Shown: one piece after another, positions 1 to 7,964 of the stretch | How the letters are laid out: each line of letters begins with the position of its first letter | Position numbering within the stretch: position 1 is the first letter of the stretch | Assembly: GCA_015654475.1 (NCBI GenBank) | Contig: JAATGV010000041.1 | Location: 26,452 to 90,451 of the forward strand | Length of the DNA: 64,000 nt | From: Actinomycetales bacterium | Lineage (GTDB): Bacteria; Actinomycetota; Actinomycetes; Actinomycetales; Microbacteriaceae | Direction: 5' to 3' | Notes under the pieces: model-generated | Seen by the model: only the letters and a program-made list of their open reading frames with translations | Told to the model about the DNA's origin: nothing | The model's database searches: none | Program-made: the position numbers and the translations under genes

Positions 1-361
1 TGGCCTGAAGCATGCGAGCCCGTTGCGCATGGTTCTCGCCGGAATCAGACGAACCATCCTCGTAATGCAGTTCATAGCCGACGCGAGCCGCAAGCGACTC
101 AACAGCCTCAGTGAATGACATATGGTCGATTTTTTGAAGAAAGCTGAAGACGTCACCACCCTCGCCGCAGCCAAAACAATGATAAAAACCTGCCTGCGTG
201 CGCACGTTGAACGAAGGCGAACGCTCTTCGTGGAATGGGCACAGGCCCTTCTTCGAACCGATGCCCGCGCTCTTCAACGTCACGTATTGGCCGATCACCT
301 CGGCGATGTCGACACGCTCACGCACCGCGTCGATATCCGCGCGTACGATCCGACCAGCCAT
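1..361 (-). CDS. dnaG: DNA primase DnaG, N-terminal part (gene continues beyond the window start)
   Basis: Reverse translation from ATG at 361 gives MAGRIVRADIDAVRERVDIAEVIGQYVTLKSAGIGSKKGLCPFHEERSPSFNVRTQAGFYHCFGCGEGGDVFSF. This is a CHC2 zinc-finger primase N-terminus. It lies downstream of dgt, as is usual in actinobacteria. Confidence 0.9.
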   Translation of the reverse strand, partial: MAGRIVRADIDAVRERVDIAEVIGQYVTLKSAGIGSKKGLCPFHEERSPSFNVRTQAGFYHCFGCGEGGDVFSFLQKIDHMSFTEAVESLAARVGYELHYEDGSSDSGENHAQRARMLQA

Positions 362-413
362 GAAAAGCAAGTGTAATCGGAGCAGGCGACGTGCTGTACC
401 GCGTGGCGTTGCA

Positions 414-481
414 GCTAACAGAGGAAATGCCCAGGCACGGAGTCACTATTCTTCCGGAGGCCGGGCATTTCCTCTGTTAGC
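414..481. repeat. 68-bp palindromic element (19-bp arms GCTAACAGAGGAAATGCCC / GGGCATTTCCTCTGTTAGC) between dgt and dnaG
   Basis: Near-perfect inverted repeat read directly. A diverged 68-bp copy lies at 23420-23487. Confidence 0.8.
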
Positions 482-525
482 GACAATAAACTCCGGCCAC
501 TGCTACGCGAACCCGAAAAAGGGCG

Positions 526-1797
526 TCAGTCGAACGTGCCGAGGCGCGGCGATGTCAACCTCTCGTGCCAGGCCGTCGCAGACTGATCTGTGAGCGACGC
601 GACTTGATCGACCACGACGCGACGCCGACCAGCGTCATCGGTAGCGCGATCCCAATCGTCGGCGAATGGCCGCTCGAGTTCGCTCGGGGTACGCCACAGC
701 ACCTCGACCAGTTCGCTCAGGATCTCTCGCTGCCTCGCGTAATACGGTTGACGAGCGTCACTTGCCATGACCAAAGCACCGACGATCCCCTTAAGCACAA
801 CGATCTCAGCGCATGTTTCGTCGGGGACCAGCACAGAGACACCGAACCGGGCCACCGGCCCGTCGGAGGATGCGGCAAGCGTAGCTTCAGTCGTCGCCAC
901 GCAGAACCGCCCGATCAGCTGGCTTGTCAAATTCTTCAATGCCGCAAGCGAAGCCCTGGAGTTGTCGAACGAACCAAGCCACGACGGATGCCCTGCGACG
1001 CGCGTAAGGGCGGCGTCCAGATCGTCATCGCTGAGCGACGTCAGCGTCCAACTGCGAATCCCGGCAATAAGGCCTCGTCGCGAGGCCGGGTCTCTCAACA
1101 GGCGAAGATCGAGTACTCCCCCAACCACCGCGTCCTCGAAGTCGTGCACCGAATAGGCGATGTCATCTGAGAGGTCCATTGTCTGCGCCTCTACGCATGG
1201 CCGATGGCTGGGCGCCCTGTCGCGCAACCATTCGAATACTGGCAGATCGTCATCATAGGCGCCCCATTTGAGTTGCGTGCTCGCGCCAGAAACAACGCGT
1301 TCAACCCCGAAACTACTGGGCCATGGATACTTGACGCTCGCATCCAGGCTCGCACGCGTCAGGTTGAGCCCAAAACTCGATCCGTCGTCAGCAACCACCT
1401 TCGGTTCAAGTCGACTGAGCAACCGTAATGTCTGCGCGTTGCCCTCAAACCCGCCGAAAGGCTCCGACCAGGCGTTCAACGCCTCCTCCCCGTTGTGGCC
1501 GAACGGGGGATGCCCGATATCGTGCGCGAGGCACGCCGTTTCCACCACATCGGGATCGAGGCCAAGCCGCAGTGCCAGCTCGCGCCCCACCTGAGCCACC
1601 TCGAGGGTGTGTGTAAGACGGTTGCGCACAAAGTCGAGCCCCATCGTGGGCGAATACACGGCTGTCTTGGCCGACAGTCGTCGCAGCGCCGACGAATGCA
1701 ATATTCTGCCTCGGTCACGCTCAAAGTCCGAACGAGCAACGTTATGCGATTCGGGCACGAACCGTTCGCGATCATGCAACCCGTATGTGGCCGTCAT
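526..1797 (-). CDS. dgt: dGTPase-family HD-domain triphosphohydrolase
   Basis: ORF 526..1827 carries the HD motif LAHDIGHPPFGH. The start is placed at ATG 1797, which forms an ATGA overlap with the upstream dus stop. Confidence 0.85.
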   Translation of the reverse strand: MTATYGLHDRERFVPESHNVARSDFERDRGRILHSSALRRLSAKTAVYSPTMGLDFVRNRLTHTLEVAQVGRELALRLGLDPDVVETACLAHDIGHPPFGHNGEEALNAWSEPFGGFEGNAQTLRLLSRLEPKVVADDGSSFGLNLTRASLDASVKYPWPSSFGVERVVSGASTQLKWGAYDDDLPVFEWLRDRAPSHRPCVEAQTMDLSDDIAYSVHDFEDAVVGGVLDLRLLRDPASRRGLIAGIRSWTLTSLSDDDLDAALTRVAGHPSWLGSFDNSRASLAALKNLTSQLIGRFCVATTEATLAASSDGPVARFGVSVLVPDETCAEIVVLKGIVGALVMASDARQPYYARQREILSELVEVLWRTPSELERPFADDWDRATDDAGRRRVVVDQVASLTDQSATAWHERLTSPRLGTFD

Positions 1798-2984
1798 CCT
1801 CCTGATACTCCTACTTCCGCGAAACACAACTCGCCCTGATCAGCGTCCGAGAGCACCCGCGAGTCAAGCCACCCTTCTGGCAGGTGCGGCACCTTCGGTG
1901 AGCCCGCTCGGCCACGCTGGCCCTCGGCACCCTCGCCTGGGTACGGCGTGTCGCGATCGAGGCGAGCGATCCATTCGTCGATCTCGGCAAGGCTGGATGA
2001 CGTGGCAAGCCCGCGACGTACCTCGCCACCTACCGGGTAACCCTTGAAATACCACGCCACATGTTTCCGCACGTCGCGACAGGCGCGTTCCTCGCTACCA
2101 AAAGAGGCGACCATGAGCTCAGCGTGGCGACGGAACGCATCGCCCACCTCGCCGAGTGTTGGCTGAACTTGCTGGTAGTCGATGGAATCCGGCCTGCTCG
2201 GGTTCTCCGCATACTGCGCGAACGCAGCCTCCAGATCGGCGAACAGCCAAGGCCGCCCCAAACATCCACGTCCGACGACGACGCCGTCGACACCCGTAGT
2301 GCGCACCATTTCGATCGCATCCGCCGCCGACCAGATGTCACCATTGCCAAGCACGGGGATGTCCGGCAATGCCTCCCTTAGGCGCGCGATGGATGACCAG
2401 TCTGCGTGGCCGGAATAGTGTTCTGCCGCAGTGCGTCCATGCAGTGCAACCGCGGCGACTCCCGCGTCACGGGCAATCCGGCCTGCATCCAGATAGGTGA
2501 GATGGTCGGCATCGATGCCGGTGCGCATCTTCACGGTGACGGGGATGCTGCCCGCACGATCCACCGCCGCAGTGACGATCGAACGGAACAGGTCTAGCTT
2601 CCACGGCAGCGCCGCTCCCCCACCTTTACGAGTCACCTTCGGCACGGGACAACCGAAATTCAAGTCGATATGATCGGCACGGTCCTCATCGACCAGCATC
2701 GAGACCGCCCGGCCAACGACGTCGGGGTCTACACCATAGAGTTGGATAGACCGCACGCGCTCATCTTCATCGTGTTTGATAAGTCGCAACGATTCGGGAG
2801 TGCGTTCGATGAGTGCCCGAGTCGTCACCATCTCGCAGACGTAGAGGCCGCCACCGAACTCGCGGCAGAGCCGACGGAACGCCGCGTTGGTGATCCCCGC
2901 CATCGGTGCAAGTAGCACGGGCGACGCCAACTCGATCGGACCGATGCGCAGAGGTTTCACATGTTCCATTGTCTCAGACCCCAT
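1794..2984 (-). CDS. dusB: tRNA-dihydrouridine synthase (Dus family)
   Basis: ORF 1794..3242. The conserved part begins MEHVKPLRIGPIELASPVLLAPMAGITNAAFR and contains DLNFGCP. Start candidates are ATG 2984 or 2969; the long 5' extension looks non-coding. Confidence 0.85.
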   Translation of the reverse strand: MGSETMEHVKPLRIGPIELASPVLLAPMAGITNAAFRRLCREFGGGLYVCEMVTTRALIERTPESLRLIKHDEDERVRSIQLYGVDPDVVGRAVSMLVDEDRADHIDLNFGCPVPKVTRKGGGAALPWKLDLFRSIVTAAVDRAGSIPVTVKMRTGIDADHLTYLDAGRIARDAGVAAVALHGRTAAEHYSGHADWSSIARLREALPDIPVLGNGDIWSAADAIEMVRTTGVDGVVVGRGCLGRPWLFADLEAAFAQYAENPSRPDSIDYQQVQPTLGEVGDAFRRHAELMVASFGSEERACRDVRKHVAWYFKGYPVGGEVRRGLATSSSLAEIDEWIARLDRDTPYPGEGAEGQRGRAGSPKVPHLPEGWLDSRVLSDADQGELCFAEVGVSGG

Positions 2985-3051
2985 GCCCGCAACACGCGCA
3001 GAGGTCGGTCCGATTCGAGAGCGCACGAGCGCCACGCGCCATAATGGACAG

Positions 3052-3330
3052 ATGATTCGCCATACCGTTCTCTTCCAACTCGACGAAGCCGCGCCTCTGA
3101 CCGAAATAACCACATCACTTGAGGCTTTGGTCGGCACGATTCCTGGACTGCTCAGCGTATGGGCTGGCATCGGATCCGGCACCGCAGACACCCATACGAT
3201 GGCACTCGTCACCGAACACGACGATTGGGCTGCGCTCGACACCTACACGATTCATCCAGCACACAAGGCGATCCTCGCCGTGGTCCGGCAACATCTCATC
3301 GACCGCGCCGCAGTTGACGTAGAGCTTTAG
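3052..3330 (+). CDS. Dabb (stress-responsive alpha/beta barrel) family protein
   Basis: Translation MIRHTVLFQLDEAAPLTEITTSLEALVGTIPGLL...HPAHKAIL is typical of the about 95 aa Dabb domain. The start is the internal ATG 3052 of ORF 2887..3330. Confidence 0.7.
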   Translation: MIRHTVLFQLDEAAPLTEITTSLEALVGTIPGLLSVWAGIGSGTADTHTMALVTEHDDWAALDTYTIHPAHKAILAVVRQHLIDRAAVDVEL

Positions 3331-3683
3331 CCAAGGCCTCGGCCCGCGCGGTTTCTACTCCACGTGATCTGCTCAGTCAGGTGAATATTTGCAGCGTTCC
3401 GTTATGGGAAGGTGCTGCCAACAGCTTGGGACTGCGCAACAACGCGCCGAAACCGGTCCCGCAAACACACCGGGTCAAGCCCGCCTGACACACCACCACT
3501 CAGCAGCGTAATCGCTCAGGCTACAGCCCGCAGGAATCGCCATCGCATGCCGCCCCGTCCGAACCCAACAAAGTCAGGCCTTGGCCGGCATCCCCCGACC
3601 TGTCCGTCGAGGCGGGGCCGACATAGCCCACACCGATTTCCTGCCCGAAGGCAGCATTTGCAACACCGATAGAGTCAACAAAA

Positions 3684-4352
3684 TCATGCATCCGCGCTCT
3701 CTCTTTCTTGAGAATTCCATACCTGATCCAAGACCTGGGCAAACGCCTCGACCGGCTGCGCTCCCGAAACACCGTAACGACCATCCAAGACAAAAAACGG
3801 CACCCCCTGAATGCCAAGGGCACGGGCCTGAGCGATGTCGGCTTCGACACGCTCGTCCCACGCCTCCGACTCGAGTGCCTCGCGCACCTGCATAGCGTCC
3901 AGGCCTGCCGCACTGCCGATCGCGACCAGTTCATCCACTGAACCGACTGCGATGCCCTGTTCGAACATGGCACCGAACAACGCATTGATCACCTCGGTGT
4001 CACGACCATTGGCACGAGCGAAATGGATCAAGCGATGCGCCCGACGTGTGTTTGCGTTGTGGGCTATGTCGAAATCGTAGTTCATGCCGAGTTCGCGACC
4101 CCGCTCAGTGATCACCGTAAACGAATCGCGGATCTGCTGCTCGGGAGCGCCCTTTTCCCGCACAAGATAGTCGATGAGAGGCTCACTGGAATGCTCATGG
4201 GCCTCGGGGTTCAACTGGTAGCTGTGGAACGTGACGTCGACCGCATCGGCGTGCTCGAAGCCGTCAAGGGCCTTCTCCAGTGACCGTTTGCCAAGGTAGC
4301 ACCAGGGGCAGGCAACATCGGACCACACATCGATCTTGAGCTTTTCTGTCAT
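3684..4352 (-). CDS. DsbA-family thiol:disulfide oxidoreductase (FrnE-like)
   Basis: 222 aa ORF with the N-terminal CPWC active site (DVACPWCYLGK) in a thioredoxin-fold context. Confidence 0.85.
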   Translation of the reverse strand: MTEKLKIDVWSDVACPWCYLGKRSLEKALDGFEHADAVDVTFHSYQLNPEAHEHSSEPLIDYLVREKGAPEQQIRDSFTVITERGRELGMNYDFDIAHNANTRRAHRLIHFARANGRDTEVINALFGAMFEQGIAVGSVDELVAIGSAAGLDAMQVREALESEAWDERVEADIAQARALGIQGVPFFVLDGRYGVSGAQPVEAFAQVLDQVWNSQERESADA

Positions 4353-4590
4353 GGAAGTGACAACTCGGAGCGGGGGCGCGCTATTCCGGTTCTGAGGAAA
4401 AACGGAGGTTAGACATCGGTGGATGCGATGCTATGCACGGGACGGAAGCAAACGGCTCCGCGGCACGACTGCACAGGGCCGTGCGTGGCCCGCAACGCAG
4501 CCCTCAGTCGCAGCCGCGGGACTCTATCCTGGCGCGCCGCAAACAACCTGCGATAGGCCGAGCACCGCGAAAACACCGAACTCGAAACCG

Positions 4591-5976
4591 CTAAGCTCCA
4601 ACGAGCCGCGACGCCAGATAGCCGGGAAGTGCATCCAGCGACACCCGATCCTGGCTCATCGTGTCGCGCTCACGCACGGTAACCGCCTGGTCATCAAGCG
4701 AGTCGAAGTCGACGGTGACGCAATATGGCGTGCCGATCTCGTCTTGCCGACGGTAACGGCGACCGATGGCGCCCGCGTCATCGAAATCGACATTCCAGTT
4801 CTTGCGCAACTCCTGCGCCAAGCCTCGTGCCACAGGCGAAAGGCGCTCGTTACGAGACAGAGGCAAGACCGCGACTTTGACCGGCGAAAGGCGCGGATCC
4901 AGGCGCAGCACCGTGCGCTTATCCACCCCGCCTTTCGCATTCGGTGCCTCGTCCTCATGATAGGAATCGACCAAGAACGCCATCAACGAACGGGTCAGCC
5001 CGAACGACGGCTCGATCACGTACGGCGTGTAACGCTCCCCAGTAGCCTGGTCGAAGAACTCCAGCGCAGTGCCAGAGGCCGCAGAGTGACTCTTCAGGTC
5101 GAAGTCAGTGCGGTTGGCCACGCCCATGAGCTCGCCCCACTCGTTGCCCTGAAAACCAAACCGGTACTCGACGTCGATGGTGCCTGCCGAATAGTGCGCG
5201 CGATCCTCCTTCGGAACATCAAACCGACGCATGTTGGCCGGGTCGATCCCCAGATCCACAAACCAGTTCCAGCAGTCCTCGACCCAGGTTTTGAAGTGTT
5301 CGTCCGCCGTAGCAGGCGGCACGAAATACTCGATCTCCATCTGCTCGAACTCGCGGGTGCGAAAAATGAAGTTGCCGGGCGTGATCTCGTTACGGAAAGC
5401 CTTTCCCACCTGCCCGATGCCGAACGGAGGCTTACGGCGCGACGTGGTGACGACGTTGTTGAAGTTCACGAAAATGCCCTGCGCGGTCTCGGGGCGCAGG
5501 TAGTGCAACCCCTCCTGATTGTCGACAGGGCCGAGGTACGTCTTCATCAGACCGGAGAACAGTTGCGGTTCGGTCCATGAGCCCGGCTGGCCCGTCTCAG
5601 GATCGTTGATATCGGCAAGGCCGTTGACAGGTGGATGTCCGTGTTTTGCCGTGTACGCCTCAATAAGGTGGTCCGCGCGGTACCGTTTGTGGGTATGCAG
5701 CGACTCCACAAGCGGATCAGTGAAAGTCTTGACATGGCCGGAAGCCTCCCAGACAGCACGCGGCAAGATGACCGACGAATCCAGCCCAACCATGTCTGCA
5801 CGACCGCGCACAAAGTAAGCCCACCATTGGCGGCGGATATTCTCTTTGAGTTCCGTGCCGAGCGCGCCATAGTCCCACGCGCTGCGGGAGCCGCCATAAA
5901 TCTCGCCTGCTTGGAAGACGAAGCCACGACGCTTCGCGAGAGAGATGACGGAATCAAGGCGGGAAGGCTGTGCCAC
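4591..5976 (-). CDS. glyQS: glycine--tRNA ligase (dimeric GlyQS type)
   Basis: ORF 4591..6144. Start set at GTG 5976, with AGGAG 7 nt upstream, giving a 461 aa protein beginning [29 protein letters not shown]. Confidence 0.9.
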   Translation of the reverse strand: MAQPSRLDSVISLAKRRGFVFQAGEIYGGSRSAWDYGALGTELKENIRRQWWAYFVRGRADMVGLDSSVILPRAVWEASGHVKTFTDPLVESLHTHKRYRADHLIEAYTAKHGHPPVNGLADINDPETGQPGSWTEPQLFSGLMKTYLGPVDNQEGLHYLRPETAQGIFVNFNNVVTTSRRKPPFGIGQVGKAFRNEITPGNFIFRTREFEQMEIEYFVPPATADEHFKTWVEDCWNWFVDLGIDPANMRRFDVPKEDRAHYSAGTIDVEYRFGFQGNEWGELMGVANRTDFDLKSHSAASGTALEFFDQATGERYTPYVIEPSFGLTRSLMAFLVDSYHEDEAPNAKGGVDKRTVLRLDPRLSPVKVAVLPLSRNERLSPVARGLAQELRKNWNVDFDDAGAIGRRYRRQDEIGTPYCVTVDFDSLDDQAVTVRERDTMSQDRVSLDALPGYLASRLVGA

Positions 5977-6130
5977 AAATAGCTCCTGAGTTGGCGAAGA
6001 CCTGTGCGCTGGGTTGCGCGCAGGCACATCCTCCGATTCTAGCCTGCACCATGTGCTGTGCGATTCGTGTGCGGATGCCATCCGCTGTGCACCAACGCTC
6101 CCGACCAGACGCACGCGCTGCCGTAAATCC

Positions 6131-6325
6131 GCAGACTCCCCCACCCGAGTCGACGAACTCCACTCTTTCGCCCCTCATCGCAGTCCACTCTTCAAGTTCG
6201 ACTCGCGCACTCCTACATGCGCAGACGCCCCCACCCGAGTCGACGATTCCTACTTTTTCGGCCCCCATTCGTCCCCGCACCCCGGCGTGTCGCACACCAG
6301 CCACATTTCGGGTGGGGGCGTCTGC
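6131..6325. repeat. Cluster of GCAGACGCCCCCAC-family repeats: two about 46-bp direct copies (6131, 6221) plus the inverted terminus GTGGGGGCGTCTGC (6312-6325)
   Basis: Read directly. 6221-6325 is a 105-bp unit bounded by 14-bp inverted termini. Confidence 0.85.
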
Positions 6326-6371
6326 GCATTGCCACACCGGCAGATTAGAGTGCCTTAGCTGAGCAACAACG

Positions 6372-7247
6372 TCACAACACCCCACGTGCTCGTGCGAGCG
6401 AACACAGCGCGGCGTGAACACTACCGCTGATCGATCCCGCAGAATCGACCACAACGTCGTAACCAAATCTCAATACCGGGATGGACTGAGTGGCCGCAGC
6501 ATTACCCCTTCGCCGATCTTCGTCGAACTCTTTACGGCCGGAGTGAAACTCGTAGCCGTCGAGCTCGACGCCGACGATCACGCTCGACCCAAATTTCTCG
6601 TGCCACACCCCGAGATCGATTCGCCCAACCCCAGGCACACGCCACTGCGGAATCACGCGATACCCCGAGGAAACCAGGTGATCCCGCGCCAATGTCTCAA
6701 GCATCGACATCGAGCGGACATCCACAGAATCGAGAATTTCGCGCGCGACAACAGCACCATTACCCCGCGTACGTGCGCGCAACTCATCCAGATCGCAGAG
6801 GTTGAGAACTACCGACGATTCGGCCACCACGAGCGCATCGCGCCGCGGCAGACAGTGCAGGGCGGCGAGCACACAAGTAGTTGGGTCGGCGAGTTCTCCC
6901 TGTCTTCGTCCACGATGAATCGTTGCCGCAGTCAGGTGCTTGCCGTAGTCCACAATGAGGTGAGGGTATCGTGGGCGCGTCAGGACCCATATGCCGTGTG
7001 CTTCCGCGCCCGATACACACGTTAAGGTGCCGTAGCTGCCGACCGCACGAGCCCGCACCGAGTCGCGCGCATCGGCGAGAGCGTAAGCGCCTCGCGACAA
7101 TCGCACGATTATCTTTCGATCGAGCGCTCGGGAAAGCGCCGACCTGCTGACGCCCGCGGCGATCAGATCTCGGAAGAGCGCGGCACCGTCGAAGAAGTCG
7201 AGCACAGCAACCGGGTCAGGACGAGGTTCTCTCAGTCTTTTGTGCAT
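6372..7247 (-). CDS. DUF559 / restriction-endonuclease-fold domain protein with an AbiEi-like N-terminal domain
   Basis: The C-terminus GRIDLGVWHEKFGSSVIVGVELDGYEFHSGRKEFDEDRRRGN matches the DUF559 (Vsr-like) pattern. Start set at ATG 7247 because the 5' extension of ORF 6372..7364 runs into repeat sequence. Confidence 0.6.
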   Translation of the reverse strand: MHKRLREPRPDPVAVLDFFDGAALFRDLIAAGVSRSALSRALDRKIIVRLSRGAYALADARDSVRARAVGSYGTLTCVSGAEAHGIWVLTRPRYPHLIVDYGKHLTAATIHRGRRQGELADPTTCVLAALHCLPRRDALVVAESSVVLNLCDLDELRARTRGNGAVVAREILDSVDVRSMSMLETLARDHLVSSGYRVIPQWRVPGVGRIDLGVWHEKFGSSVIVGVELDGYEFHSGRKEFDEDRRRGNAAATQSIPVLRFGYDVVVDSAGSISGSVHAALCSLARARGVL

Positions 7248-7426
7248 GCAGAGATTTTCGCTGGTCCTTGGGTTCACATCCGCCCGCAAACATCCATTTG
7301 GGGAGAAGGCATGCATCCGAGCTCCTGTGGATAATTCGGAAGCCCCCATCCGGATGGCTCGCAAGCCTTCGTCGACTCAGAAAACTCCCGTAAACACGGG
7401 TGGGAGAACGGACGATCTGCGTTCGC

Positions 7427-7441
7427 GTGGGGGCGTCTGCA
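7427..7441. repeat. Solo terminus GTGGGGGCGTCTGCA of the same repeat family
   Basis: Exact match to the right termini at 35544-35558 and 44921-44935. The preceding about 70 bp resembles the interior of 7678-7784. Confidence 0.75.
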
Positions 7442-7515
7442 CGATCTGGATGAGAAGCACAGAACGGGATGGGGAGCCCGAGCAATTGTGAGCCTGTGGA
7501 TCCGCAAACTTATGG

Positions 7516-7670
7516 GCGCGCGGACCGGTGAACCTATGGACCAGTCGACCAGTTAGTTAGCGCGCGGACCAGTGAACCTGTAGATCGGCGAACTACCCAT
7601 AGGTCGGCGAGTCAAAGAACCTGTGAACCTGTGAATCGACGAACCCATGAACCTGCAAACCAGCGAACTC
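7516..7670. repeat. Degenerate direct repeats: GCGCGCGGACCRGTGAACCT twice with 44-bp period, then GAACCTGT-like iterations
   Basis: Read directly in the intergenic sequence. Confidence 0.6.
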
Positions 7671-7677
7671 GTGAAAA

Positions 7678-7784
7678 GCAGACGCCCCCACCGTAATGCC
7701 GCGCAGGCGCTCGTCAACGTCCAAAACTCCAGTGAATGCAGGCGAACGGATGGATGACCGGAAGTTCGTATGGGGGCGTCTGCA
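7678..7784. repeat. 107-bp MITE/REP-like element with termini GCAGACGCCCCCAC ... TGGGGGCGTCTGCA
   Basis: Terminal inverted repeats read directly. Same family as 6221-6325, 35442-35558 and 44817-44935. Confidence 0.8.
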
Positions 7785-7802
7785 TTATGTGTGCTGTGCC
7801 TC

Positions 7803-7908
7803 CGCGGAACAGTCCGTACCTCGGCGGAACAGTCCGTACCCCCGCGGAACAGTCCGGTACCCCCGCAAAACAGTCCGGTACCCCCGCAAAACAGTTCTGG
7901 CGGGGCAC
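7803..7908. repeat. Tandem repeat, 5 units of 20-21 bp (CGGAACAGTCCGTACC / CAAAACAGTCCGGTACC)
   Basis: Unit starts at 7805, 7825, 7845, 7866 and 7887. Confidence 0.85.
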
Positions 7909-7929
7909 GAGAACTCCGTGCCCCGCCAG
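7897..7929 (-). terminator. Stem-loop downstream of the helicase gene (13-bp stem CTGGCGGGGCACG / CGTGCCCCGCCAG)
   Basis: Perfect 13-bp stem with a 7-nt loop, 36 nt after the stop at 7965. On the minus strand it is followed by AACTGTTTTG. Confidence 0.5.
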
Positions 7930-7964
7930 AAACGGGTGCGGCACGAATGCCGCAAACCGAACGC

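Noticed and set aside
5977-6371. T-box or other riboswitch leader upstream of glyQS (also considered upstream of leuS, 51867-52062)
   Set aside because: No T-box consensus (AGGGTGGTACCGCG-like) or specifier/antiterminator architecture is visible. The glyQS gap is filled with the GCAGACGCCCCCAC repeats, and the leuS gap is too short.
7803-7908. Possible CRISPR array (also considered for 31394..31662 and 44955..45029)
   Set aside because: The units are 15-25 bp and directly abutting, with no unique spacers. There are at most 5 copies and no cas genes in the window. These are plain tandem repeats.
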